A DNA stretch of 64,000 bases from Tubiluchus corallicola (GCA_030141605.1 JAQGDQ010000158.1:372001-436000); one strand, 5' to 3'; positions 1 to 13,157 are shown, numbered from the stretch's first letter. Translations and numbers: made by a program. Notes: generated from the sequence alone by a model not told the origin.

Positions 1-710
1 ACAATACATATAACATATTTATACTATACTTTCAGGATAAATTAACTTTTACAAAACAATTAGATAAATTTGCAAGAAATATATATTTAAAACTTTAGTC
101 ACGAAAATATTTATTTGTAAATAAAATCAGGTAGCGATTACTGCCATCACATGACATTCAGACGTTATAGCGCCAACTAGAAATCACAGTAATCAGCAAT
201 CAATTATCTTATCAAAATTATGGACATTCAGCTCTTCCTTCCTAGATAATCATCTTGCGTTAATTATCATCTAAATCAAATGATCTAGAAAAATTATTTC
301 TTTAATTTTACTTCTGAACTACTGCTAGCAAAGTTACATAACATTCTAATGTGCTAAACTACCTTTATTAACCAGCTTTATAAATTGAAGGGATAAAGAG
401 GACTATTTCTAACACACAATAAGAAACGATGACAATGTTTACGACAAGTTAGCATAATTATTAGTACTCCGAGATTAGGATGCAAAATCAATGCATCAAA
501 TCATATATCACATCATTGCCACATGTCACAAATACTTTGACAGCTCTCAGATTTCCAGGTCACAAAAATAAATCATAAGAAAGTAAATTGCATTGGCCTT
601 CAGAAGTTCTGTTTATAAAAATCAACCGAAACTGTATGTACGATCGGTACAGAAAGCTCTTTCCACAAATATTTCATAGTTACTCATATACAGTTGTGTG
701 TATCTGCTGA

Positions 711-3700
711 TCACGTAACAAGCTCTTCATCATCTATACTGTAAAGATCACCCAGATGTCGATACTTCTTCTCCTCCCTTTCTTGATGCTTTCTGAATCG
801 CATCGCTAAAAACGACAACACGAAAATTCCGCAAATAGTTATTCCGCCCATGATCAAAAATGCCGCAACTGTCCATTTTGCAAATGACTTCAGTGGAACG
901 GAAGCAACCCGTGGAACGTTGCAATTGTTTGTCGTGCAACAGCAAAGCTTTGTAGTGTTTATAGGTTGATCAGGAAGTGTTACCTACAACATCAGTGAGA
1001 TATATGCAATGAAAAAGTATCCAAAACTGGCATCTAAATTCATCTATTGCAGTAAAGTCACTTATGACAAAGTTGCTATGCAGCCCTTAAACATTTTAAT
1101 CTTTTTCAATGGTCCACCCAAGCATCACTGTTAAGCATCACACCAAATTTGTACATTATAGCAACACATATTGTCTTTGTTTGTTTATAATTTTTGGCAG
1201 TGTTTTTTGGATATACAAAAATAGAATTTGAAAGCTTTTCCATCTGAAATGTGTATACAGCGCTTTCTTAGATGTGTATTGATTTGTTTTCACCACACTT
1301 TATATCTTATTTGCCAAACATTCTCTTATAGTCTATTCTCCAGAACTGTAAACTCTAGAAAATTCTATTTAATTTAATTTCACCACCAGTGATCAAACAT
1401 GTCCGTTAAGTTATTAATAAACTTATTGCATGGGTAAGTGTATAACTGTTAAAGTATCTTAGGTGTTACATATGCATTGCCCAGGATGTGCAAGACATCA
1501 GCTAGAATGCAATCTATGAACCTGGTTTCTATAGTCATTAAAACTGGACATAAAAGCATGCAAAGTAGTTTAGCGATATTTTATTTGATTAAGAAACCAT
1601 CTTTAAATTAGGGTAAACTGGGAGAACTTGCACATACAAGGTGTTTAGTGTATTAAAGCAGGGTCTCAGTTACATACGTTTTATAAGCCGTCTTTAACTG
1701 CCTTAATAATGTTCTCTAAATTTCTTGTGTACTTAGCAATACAAATGTTTAATAAAGTGTTTACACAAATACAAATCACTCACGTATCTGCAACCATCCT
1801 TTTGATACATCCCATACACTTCACACACAGGATCGTCTTTTGACTCGCAATAAAATTTAACGTCAGGCAAATCAGTGGGATTACTGCTGGTATATGAATA
1901 CTGTGTCACACAGTGCAGGCTTTCTTCAGCACATGGTGATGTAGTCACATTAGCATCAGATTCTATGGAAATACAAAATGAGAATCACATCACAATGAAA
2001 AATATTTCGACTAATTTTATACATATACATATATCCATATGTATATCAGTATGTACATATATACTATCTATACATATCAGTTGGTTCCGCAAGCCACTCT
2101 TTAGCTACTCCATACAAATACAATCGTCAGCAGTTAAGAACATAAAAAATATCTTCGTTAAAGTTTTCGTACCACAATCATTTCTCTACAAAAACTACAA
2201 AAACAAAAGAATCTTGCTTGTTCTGCAATATGATTGTTGCTTGTCACTTTGATCACTTGTTATTTTCTGCATTTCTTTCAACTTTGTACAAAAACGAAGC
2301 ACTTTCCTATTTGGCTATAATATTATACATTATAAAAAACATCTACTGGTGTGATAATAAAAAATATATAGTCTTAAAAAGACAGGCACAGGATCTCAAT
2401 GCAAAACAAGACATCTGTAACAGACAGTAAGTTTTTCAGATTTTAAACATTCATTTTTTAACTGCACTGATGAATGCACTTGCACGCAAGGGCAGTTGTA
2501 AACTGATTACATAAGTAACTTAGATTGCTGATTCAGCTTGAAACATTATTGTCTTACTACAAGCATAAACAGCTATCCACCAGAGAATATGCAAGCAGAG
2601 ACTGTGTATATGTTGCGAATATATGTAAACTGCACACATGTGTTACATTTGTGGAAGTATTTTCATATTTCTTATTTTTAGTGCCTTTGGAAATTGAAGC
2701 AAATTTTAAGCATTTTAACTCACAAGCAAACTACTACTGTTGTATTGTACAATGTACACTGGGATTTGAATGATCGAATATTGATGCTACGCACACACTA
2801 ACCATCATTACTAAGACTCCAGTAGCAACTTGTGATGGGTTTAACATCAATTAGACCAGGAACATAAAAAGGATTATTGCAAAGATTTTCAACACAGCAG
2901 TGTATGGTACCAACATGTCCATTATATGTAACCTAGAAAACAGAAAGAAAACAATTACGTTAACACACAGCAAGTAATTAGAAACAAAATTTGTGGTAAA
3001 AAAAATCACGTTTTCTTTCAAAGTAAACTGGCAATCCATGAAATCTTCGTCACCATATAATTTTACTAATCAAAAAATGCTATATTTTTCATGTAAAGGG
3101 GGCATGAGGCACTTGCATCAAGACAGAGCCCTAGAAATAAAAAAAAGCAATTTTCAGGCTGATTTTAGAGGCAGATAAGAAAAAGCACTTTTAATGAAAG
3201 TTTCTGAGAACTAGCTCGAAAAATTATATTCCCTAGTGACAATCTTGCTTGCATATGATAATCACATTAAAAGAAATTCCCATTTGTTTTAATTTTCAAT
3301 TGACCTGCACTGCTGCAGGCATGTCTTAATATGACGCCATGGACAAACATCAAATTTTGAAAATACACAGGAGGGAACTTTCTGTAAGTAGTTTGCAACG
3401 TTTGTTGCACAGCTTCTTTAAGTGGAACCACAGCAGAATTTGTCAATACGGTAAACAAAATAAAGGCTGATGTCTTCACACTCTTGACATAAAAAGTTTC
3501 CTACTTTCCAAGTAATTTTCCTACTTCCCTGATTTGTAAGTGTCTGTTCAATATGTCTAGGATTACATTATAAATTGTGTTATACGTCTATCCATTTGAT
3601 CCACAAATATTTTACTGCAGCGAGGGTAGAACATAAAACATGCATTAACATGTCAACAGCCAAAGTAACAAAGTTTAATAGGCATTAATATCAAGTTACG

Positions 3701-6700
3701 CCTGGGTCGTGTAAAAAAAAGCACCGACTTCCATTTATGTGAAAACTAATGTTAATGAACATTACGTCAAGTTTCACTTTAATTCACCACACCATATCTA
3801 CTGTCTTAACAAAATGTCTTGACGCTAATCAGCAAATGGTACTATGCAGGGTACTATACTTGACCTGTCACATGACCCGAGGGAAGCAAGAGCTATGACT
3901 GCCTGTTGTCGCCATGGCAATTTCACAATTGTGCAATAGTAAGCTGTCTAACTAGTAACTAATTATCATATTTCTTTTTTGAAATCCACCAAACTGCATA
4001 TATGGGCCATGCAGATTCAAGTTTTTCTACTAGTATTTTACTATCTTACATTGCCCTAATGCTTGAAATGTCAGGGTAACGGAAATATAAGTTGTAAAAA
4101 CTACTACATAACTTGTTGATATTATAGGTTATTATTAAGAGGTTAACTATATATGTAACACAAAGCATCCATTCTTGTAATACAAATAAACTTGATAATT
4201 ATAATTTTTAACCAAGCTATTATATTAACAAATCTGTTTAATGGTTATGCAAAAAATTCTAGATAATCGAACGACGGCCGACGGAAACCAACTGGCACTA
4301 AAACGGGTTTCTGGAATTTCGAGGCATGTAATATGGTTGTTGAAATATAAATAGATATTTGCATAAGATTATAATAAAGTTCAGACATAAATTTCTTAAT
4401 TCAAGTTTTTTTGAAACTCTCATTAAACTTCACTTTTCTTGTCCTTTTAACCCTTTACCATTCGCGGTTATAACTTACATTTTCTCGACGGTCACTTCCG
4501 TATTGGCTACAGACTGCACCATCAACATCACACTCAAACACTGTCATTTCTTCTGTTTCGTTTGTTACATTATTTTGTAGCATAAACTGAAAACTTAAGC
4601 AGTAAGATGTTTTGCCTAAAAAGAAATTATGACACAAATCAGGCAGGTAACACTTAAAAGCAAAGGTGTGGTCTGTACTATTGCTCATTGTACCTCCTAG
4701 TAAAAGGTTGTGTACTATCCTGTAAGTATGTGAAATAAGAATTGAATTCAACTGACACACTTAACGTCATAACAATCATTGTATAATAATAGTAAAAATA
4801 ATCACCACACGAAAACCCTAGAATAAAGTGTAGTTCCAAGCTTTGCCAAATTTCGGAAAAAGTACATATGTCAAACCAACTGAAATAAAATATCTGATTC
4901 GGCATTGGAGCCGATTGTTCGGGTTCTGATCTTTAACGTTGAGCCTGTGTTTAACAATAACCAATGGTGTCATTAGTATGTGGGCAGATGATGCAAAATG
5001 CAAAATTTATCAGTGAAGAAGGATCTGGAAACAGCTGTTGATTATATCAAAGCTGTTCATCAGTCTGGTGACAAGCAGCTGTTCATTGGATAATACAATA
5101 TGAGATTGCCTGTAAAGAGTTAAGAAAGATTTTGCTAATATATTACACCAGTATTGCTGAAATAATAGTGACTCTATCGTGCTCTCCAAATGCACAGCCT
5201 GCACAGTCTTGAGTGGCATCATTGAAGCAATGATTTGAAGAACTCAAGATCCTCCAGGAAATCTTGCATATGTCTCACAAGCTTGTCTGTTAAATACCAA
5301 TCTATGTTTTTTTATCATCTTAGCGTCTAGTCATCCACTCTGTCCTTCAGGACAGCTCCAGTGTTTGGTGGGTTGAGGTCCAAGTTCACCGGAAAAAATT
5401 CACTACACAATTTTCGGATCACAACTTCAATGCAACCTCCACAAGATTGTGAGGCAGCACCAGTCAACAAAAGTATCTAGTTTCAAATTAGCAATTCTTT
5501 GTGTCTCAGTTAATTAATCTTTAATTAATCTAGACGTGTAGTCTAGTTTGGAAGTAGGGTTGTAAAATGCACCAATGTCATGATGCGATGCAAATTACGA
5601 TGAAATACGTATCATGATATACCCGAGTACTTGACTAACTGTTTACATCATAAGTCACCAGAAAAACAAAACATTTCAATACTTTTGATTTCAAAAAACA
5701 CAGTTTTCTAGTTCACAATTGTTGCTAGCCATCTCACAAGTTTATGTTCATAATGCAGTTAACGTATTGTAGATTAATTGGCCAATAAATACAATTAACA
5801 CATTGCACTTTTAACGGCTTTGGTTGATAGCAGGAAGTGGCATTGTCTATTCTGCTAATGTTGCACATGCTGAACTGACTGTTAAGTATCGACAGTACAC
5901 TTTGCAAGTGCAGCTTGAATTATTTCACACTGTTTTTTACAAATGGATAGTTAAGTTTATGCTAAATTTCACTGTTCAGATTATTACATTATACAGTAGG
6001 CACCGCTTAACAGACTCACGGTTAATAGACTCAATCGCTTAATTGACTCAAAAACGCCTGGAACGGGGGCCGCAAATATACATAAAAACTATCGGTAATT
6101 GACTCAAGTAACTTTGCATAATTGACTCAATATTTTTCCTTCACGTACTTAAAATAAGACTTGTATGTGCCCAAAGAGCCTTTCCTACTTTTACGTCATC
6201 TTTACTTCCCTTTTGTGCACTCTATGTATACAGAAACAATCATGTTAAGTACCATTTTGTTTATAAGCAGGTACTTTTATCATGCGCTAATACGCTAGCG
6301 TAGCGGTTTTGCTTTGAATCTGTTACTCGTTCACCCACTGTTACTCAAAGAATTTCTGGAAGCTAAACATTTAATCACTTACCTAGCGGTATCCTTTTGA
6401 TTCCCTCGTTGCAAATCACGCTTTCAGGCTTAATGAGTTAACAGTCAAAGATGCAGGTACAGTAATCGGCAGATATTCCTTGTGACTTACAAGAGTAAAC
6501 ATCGTACAGCCAATAAGAGCAATGTTTTTGTCACGCCCAAGAACATATTTTCAATGTTTTTATAATTACGAGAATTTTGTGGGCCAACTTTTTCATGAGA
6601 AAATGAAGCAGCCGACTTTGAAGGAATTTTTGTAATTTTTGCAAATAAACAGACGTAGTATAGTCTGTGGTTTAGAAAAGCATACTTTTTAATTTACTGC

Positions 6701-9700
6701 TAATTCACTTATATAAATTAATATTTCAAAACATTTTTTCTAGTTTTTAACTGCACAAGGAATTTAGGCATTACTTCGTTTCTAAAATTCATTAAAAAGC
6801 TTTGCAGTACATAGTAAACTGACGACTCATACTTCTATATCTGTAATACTACACCCATCAGTTAATAGGTTCAGTCAGTTAATTGGGTCAAAACACGTCA
6901 GTCCCGAAGTGAGTCTATTAAGCGGCGACTACTGTAGCTACTCTTAGAAATATGCGTAAATTGTAAAAAAAGATATCAAGATGCATCTATGTATAATTAC
7001 ATTCCTACCGATAAGGAATCTGGAACAAGCCACCTGATACTTACCACCAATATAAACACTCCGTTTAGATACTGAATTGTCAGTAGCAGCACAAGGCTCT
7101 TTCATTACCGGTGTAGCAGAACTCCATGGTCCAACAAAGCAATATCTGAAATTAAAAATAAATTCATGCATTTTTATATAAACATATTTATTTATCCACA
7201 GCATTAACAAACCACACATTCTAGAGGATTTTTTTTTATTAAAAATAGCTCTTTGAAGGAGAAAAGCTTTTGATTAGAGCCATTGTACTTTCACTACTGT
7301 GAACACATAGAATTTTATGTATATCATGTTTTCAAACCTAAAAGAATGCCATTAAGAACATTGAACATGAACAAATTTAACCATTTTGATTCTCACATAA
7401 ATCTGGTGCCCTTTAGCTTAATAATGTTAACTTTAGGCAAACTTTAAGTCAGTAATAGAGTTGTTGTAATAGATCTATATTTTCAGAACGTGTTTCCAGA
7501 CCTATGATAGAATTGCTGAAAATGCCCCCAAAGAACCTAACGTATATATATGAATTCATGGAAATTGTAAAACGGGCACCAGAAAAATGCATGCTAACAT
7601 TTCTACTTGTAAAGAAAATGTTTTAAAAAATAGTCAGTTTTTACTGGAGACTCACTCTCACTCAAACCCCTTTTGCCAAAATATTGTACATAGTGAAAAC
7701 ACTACTTGCAGATTTGTATATACAATGCTCAGGCTGCCAAAACGGCTTACATAATAACTAATTTAACTATGAATATTTCTTAGTGAAGTAACAGATTTGA
7801 CAGTTCTATTACAACTGCCAATGTGAAGCAGTACAGGCGTTTACTACATACACTATGCCATTATTTAGCTATTGTTCACTTGTCATAGATACATTTTACA
7901 TCAAATAAATTTTTTTCCCATTTCCACTGTTTATTTTCCTTATATTTCTGCTTTACATGGACAAATTAGCTAGGTAATTGCAATTAATTTGTGCAAGATA
8001 AATAAAAAATATCTCTAATTCTCAATTACATCTTACTTTAAATAAAAAATGTTATACAAGTTGGAAATTGCTTGTCCGTTGTATTGAAATGCTAAAAGCC
8101 ATAACTATTCAAATGTGGATTATATAAACTTAAACAAAAGCTCTTCAATATTTTCCAGATTTTGAATGAAGTGGTTTTAGTATTTCCCAAAAATGCCATA
8201 TTAAAGGTTTAGGGCCTAATTAACACCTATTGTGAAACATAACTTAGAAATATACAAGCATTTTACATTTTACCTAGGTCTAATGAACCAGGCTATTTTT
8301 GCAATTTAATTCTATGTTGCTTAACTGGTACATGTACATCAAAAACAGTTTTTACTTTGTACAAGTTTAGGAAGACATTTTATAAATGCATAAGCAACTA
8401 CATAAAACTAATGATATGACAAAATGTAAAAGTTTTATCAATTTTCTTTTTTAGTTTCTAAAAAAATAATTATTCATCATATTAGGTACAAATACTAATA
8501 CCACTACATGCTAGATACCGTTTTTCCTTGATCCTCACTTTTTGCCAGAAATAAACATAAAAATTATCATAAAAATCATCATAGTTAAAAAGCTGGCTGA
8601 AAATGAAATATTAAAAAAAATTTTCTTCTATCAGCATTCCGACAACTCATTAATAAGAGCTGTTCGTCTCCCACCGCTGATTTGTTGCAGTATAGTTAAG
8701 CATAAATATTGGCTGTTTCACAGGAAGACTTTTGGCTTATGGTGTGTTCCTGCTTCGACGGCCAATGTGCGCAAACTAATTATAGATATCACCAACATTT
8801 TTTTAGACATTCTTGGAATTTTTGTCTGACTAGAAAACTGCAATATCAGACATCACGGCACATGTGGCTTAACTATAATTACAACAGCTCTTTTCAAAAT
8901 GAGCATAAGGCTGGCCACAAAAAAATTGTTTCCGTCTTACCTCACGAACTCAAAAGATGTCTGAAGGAAGGCAGGAAAGTTTTTTCAAAATTTTTTTTTA
9001 AAGCTTTGTGAATGTTTAAAGCTGAATAGTAGAACATTTAAAATCAATTGAAATCAAAGTTTGTTTATTTCCTATTTAAATATTTTAAATTTCTTTCAAT
9101 GCACATTTTTCACGCCTTGTTTTTTAGTTTCGCATTACTAAATCATCGTATAATTATCGATTATGGTATAGTCTCTTTCATGTATCATGGAAGTGTATGT
9201 TCTGGTGATTATGGTATAAGCGGCAACACTACTCAGCCATTAATGCACTGATCTGAAAATTCGATACTTTTAAGCCTCGAAAATAATGAGCATCATACAA
9301 AATGGCAACCCTGGCCGAGAGTTAGCCGTGGAAAAACATGGCCGCGTCCTGCGTTTCCCAAAACAACAATGTTATAATAATTATTGCAATCTATGTTTTA
9401 AATTTTTTTATAAGCTTTTATATTACAGCGTCAAGTATGTATATGAACGTACGAAAAAATAAATTCCCGGCCAGGCGTGCGATTAAAAAAATATTCCCCG
9501 GACGATTAGACAGAAACAAAAGTATTTTTATTGTCAGCCTTACGTCAAAATTTTTACGTTTTTTCTATTTTTTTAATGTGTGCTGTGCATACAATTCTGA
9601 TTAAGCAGATGAACAATATTATTACAGTTCAAAGCCGGCTCTGCCATTAGGCAACTAGGCAGTTACCTTGGGTGCCAAATTCTAGAAGTAATTTTGTAAT

Positions 9701-10417
9701 TTTTAAGTTTAGCAAAAGTAATAACATACTGTACAGTAAGTCCTCACTTAACGACTGCCCGTTTAGCGATGTTCTATTTTTACGACGCTGAACATTTTAT
9801 ACCTCTTTTCACTTAGTGACGCACCGTTTCGTTTTAGCGACAATTTTTTTACTTTGCTCAAAACCAATTCTTATTTTATCAACAACTTCTTTACCTGATT
9901 TACCTACTTTACTATATACAACATAATTCAATTTTTGTGGGTAGGATTGGGACCTTGGGGTAAGAAGATAACCGTTCAGGGGAGGAGGCGCTAAAAATGC
10001 TTTTACCTAGGGTGCGAAACGACCTAGAGCCGGCCCTGTTACACTGCTACAGTTTAACTTTAATCGTATGTATCTCAGAGATCGGTAAAAATTCAAATAA
10101 AACAAGTTTTATATAATTTACATTCTTGCAGGAAAAACAAACGTTGACCTTAAACCAACAAAAAAACAAAAAATAGCGATTTAATTAATGCACGTGCTCT
10201 TGAAGGAGTAATATTCATAGGCAATGAAGACTTAAATTTATTCGCCACTTCGCCTACCTAAATTTAGGAAAATCGCTAGACTCAGTTGCAGCGATTAAGA
10301 AAATCAAGCTGTCAAGAGAAACTAAACACAACCAAATGATTTTCATTATTTTACCACTTTAGCGTCATCTAAACTTTTAGCTTTAAGAAATACAACTAAC
10401 AAAAACACACCATACAC
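711..10417 (-). CDS. Spliced gene for a ~300-aa type I transmembrane protein with two tandem Cys-rich three-finger (Ly6/uPAR/ET-module-like) ectodomains
   Basis: Phase-consistent GT-AG exons: 10417-10355 (signal-peptide-like VYGVFLLVVFLKAKSLDDAKV; start uncertain), 8960-8941 (TSFEFVR), 7145-7045 (YCFVGPWSSATPVMKEPC..), 4615-4479 (KTSYCLSF..FECDVDGAVCSQY), 2932-2803 (IHCCVENLCN..ITSCYW), 1962-1784 (SPCAEESLHCVTQ..FYC..PVC..GCRY), 983-711 (KLCCCTTNNCN, TM WTVAAFLIMGGITICGIFVLSFLAM, tail ..YRHLGDLYSIDDEELVT*). Domain 1 has 8 Cys and domain 2 has 10 Cys; both end in CC-x4-CN. Confidence 0.85.
5994..6934. mobile_element. Non-autonomous Tc1/mariner (pogo/Tigger-like) MITE
   Basis: TIRs CAGTAGGCACCGCTTAACAGACTCAC ... 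GTGAGTCTATTAAGCGGCGACTACTG with TA on both sides. A related copy lies at 28056-28442. Confidence 0.85.
9630..10038. mobile_element. hAT-type MITE with a nested pogo/Tigger-like fragment (9734 to ~9905)
   Basis: Termini CAAAGCCGGCTCT ... AGAGCCGGCCCTG; imperfect 8-bp TSD ttacagtt/ttacactg. Internal TA-CAGTAAGTCCTCACTTAACG end is shared with the elements at 14177 and 30045. Confidence 0.7.
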
Positions 10418-10540
10418 GTTTGTTAAGTGTAAACATTAATCGCAATAGTCCCAGAAGTGACTAAAGCCGTCAACAAGTAAAGTTTTCAACATGGCCTACC
10501 CTAAGAGGCGGACAAATATAGCCGCTAGTTCAATCACTAG

Positions 10541-11150
10541 TTTAGTTTAGTTTATTCACATAATACATTAGTACATAAAATCACATTCATTAAAAAATAA
10601 TAAAAATACAATATAATTACTAGCATACTACACAATTAACACTGATTAAGATGTGCAGGAGGACACACAGAGCAAAGCTACTTACATGTGTCTATCGAAT
10701 TTAAGAAACCTTGTTAAATCACCATGCTCAAGTCTTTTACGAAATAACTTAACGTTTCCAGCAGTAACTAATGGTGAACCATTTACAGAAGCAGGCAATG
10801 AGTTCCATATTGGAACAACACGATTTGAGATAAATTCGTGAAAATGTGTCTTACATGTACGCCTCACAAAGAGTTTAAATGAATGATTACCCTTAGTTTT
10901 ATTATTTAAAACTTTGGTAAAAAATGTTTCCCTGTTTAAATCAACATCCTGATGCATAATTTTGTAACACATGCACAAATCAGAAATTATGCGTCTTTCT
11001 TCTAATGATTTAAGACTCAGAATTTGTAATCTATGTGGACACGACTCATAATTAATTCTACATCTATTACAAAGGCCTCTTGTAACGCTGAACATTTTCT
11101 ACAACATCTAAATCACCAAGCAGATAAGGACTCCACACACTAGTACAAGT
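10541..11150 (-). mobile_element. 5'-truncated CR1/L2-clade LINE 3' end
   Basis: ORF2 C-terminal motifs SVWSPY, LKSLEERRIISDLCMCYKI, HSFKL and FISNRVVPIWNSLP (ORF 10682..11095), followed by AATAAA and a (TAAAC)n tail at 10541-10556. Confidence 0.85.
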
Positions 11151-11850
11151 TTCTTTTACAAATTTTATTTATGAGTACACATCTTGCGTGTTTTGAAAAA
11201 TTAAAAAAAACGATGATTTACCACAGAGTAGCTAATAATAATAAAAATGCATGGTGTTAGTCTCGAAAAATTATCGAACGATCAAGCTGTTTTCCTAGAT
11301 TTCTTGCGAAAACCATCATTATGACAAGAAAAGTGGTTCTGTAGCGCGTCAAGCAAGGCGTCGCATTATCCTTAGGAAATGGTTGTTGGAATATACTCGA
11401 ATTTAGTTCTAACTTTGTTATAGTTAAATCGATCTTCGCGGTACAAGTGCAATACAGTCAACACTTACCTGATTATAGTTTTAGGTCTATTAGGTACTGG
11501 GGCATGATCAGTTTTCAGGTCAGGGAGCTTAATATGCATTATTATACATTTTTCCGAAATTAGCAAAAACTTTTATGTTTTTATGAATTTAGTTACTTCG
11601 TTATTGCGTAATCCAGAGATGGGGATATTAATTAGCATGAATGCTATTTGCCCCCCCCCCCCACTATTAATATTATACTAAACTAGCTTAAACTAAAATG
11701 TTAAATATAGTGGCACCACCGCAGATATTTGTACAATTGATATAAATTATAAAACTATTAAGTGTATTATTTACTTAAATTAATTATTCAGTGCCTGTGT
11801 ATTTTGTAAATTTCCTCCTGTTAAATTTTGTAATATGTAATGTATATATA

Positions 11851-12503
11851 GTTTCAAGTATCTCGGTAGTTATGTAACCGAAGACTTTCAATGTCACTTG
11901 AGAAGGATCTTGAAAATCAAATGGGATGATTACATTAGTGACGAAGAAGTTTTAACTCCTGCAGGTGTTAAAGCATCGAAATCAAATTGGTAAGAAGCAG
12001 ACTGTGCTGGTTGGGCCATGTATCTAGAATGGATAATGAGAGACCAGTGAAAGCCCTTCTGTATGGGGAACTCACAGAAGGGACACACCCCATTGGATGC
12101 CCTAAGCTAAGATACAAAGATACTTGTAAAAGTGCTTTGAAATGTGGAGAAGTTCTGGATGAATGGCAAAGAATCGTAGAAGATCGACCATCGTGGTTAA
12201 CAACAATATGGAAAACGTGTAATAAATTCAATGAATCGTAGAAGATCGACCATCGTGGTTAACAACAATATGGAAAACGTGTAATAAATTCAATGAGAAA
12301 AGAGCCAGTGCATATGAGAAAAGAAAAGGAAAGCGGAAGAAGAAGGCAGCACCTAAGGACAATTAGTCAATTAGTGATTATTTTTCACAGTTAATGAACT
12401 CTATTATTCACTACTGTATATATTATTTTTAAATTGTGTTTATATTTTGATCTGTTTTTCATCAAATGTGTTCTGCCCGTTTCGGGCTAAGGCATCGTAT
12501 ATA
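11851..12503 (+). mobile_element. Internally deleted RTE-clade LINE 3' fragment
   Basis: FKYLGSYV, then LRRILKIKWDDYISDEEVL, RLCWLGHVSRMDNERPVKALLYGELTEG..PKLRYKD. Contains a 62-bp tandem duplication (12171-12294) and is bounded by (TA)n. Confidence 0.85.
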
Positions 12504-13157
12504 TTTTTAATTTAGTTCTTAATCTAGTGTTTGTGTATTTGTGTCCTTTTTGTAATTTTTCTACTCGTTTGTATAGGTTTTAAGTGTATGTTAATTTGAG
12601 TAGTAGTAATTAATTGTGTAGGCATTTTTGGCATTCTATTTGAATTCAGGTCCCGCTCGATTTTCGCCGAGCGATCGCCGATTTCGATGTGATTGCTTAG
12701 CGCAGTATGACGATGTGTGCTGTGCATACGATACGATGATTGATCAGCCCCCGAGTTTCACTTATGGTGGAATAAGTTTATGAAATAATACTGTTAATAG
12801 AATATAAAAATCCATTAAGTTTACCATTAATTGTTTTTATAAAAACAAAAAATTGGCATTTGACCCAATTTTTGATGCATTCGATCGTATAAAATGTATT
12901 TTAACCTGAATAAATAATTAAATGACTACAAGCAGTGTTAAGCATTTTTGTTTCGAGAAGTGTGTTCATACTGAAATAGCTAAGTAATTTTTCATAATAA
13001 CAATTATTTTTATTCTGCATTATTTTTAATAACTAAGTGTGCCACAGTTACATTTTATCATCTGTCATCTTGGATTAAATTATAAATTTTATTTTTAGGT
13101 GACATTTGTGCAACGTAGTTTTCGATCTTGATGGCCTGACAAAAGCGACAGCATCTG

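Noticed and set aside
3267-3950. Cys-containing minus-strand exon candidates at ~3305-3382 and ~3865-3947
   Set aside because: The donors are weak (GTCAAT, GTCAAG), and exon 4479 joins exon 2932 directly to give a complete 8-Cys domain.
5230-5405. Minus frame with TGA codons at Cys-like positions (..WSCPEGQSG*LD..), suggesting a selenocysteine-containing extra domain
   Set aside because: There is no CC-x4-CN end, no fitting splice sites and no SECIS that I can see. The gene model is complete without it; chance or a decayed repeat is more likely.
11461-11540. U1 snRNA-like start (ACACTTACCTG..CATGATCA)
   Set aside because: Spacing, stem-loops and the Sm site do not match U1. It is better read as a minus-strand splice donor.
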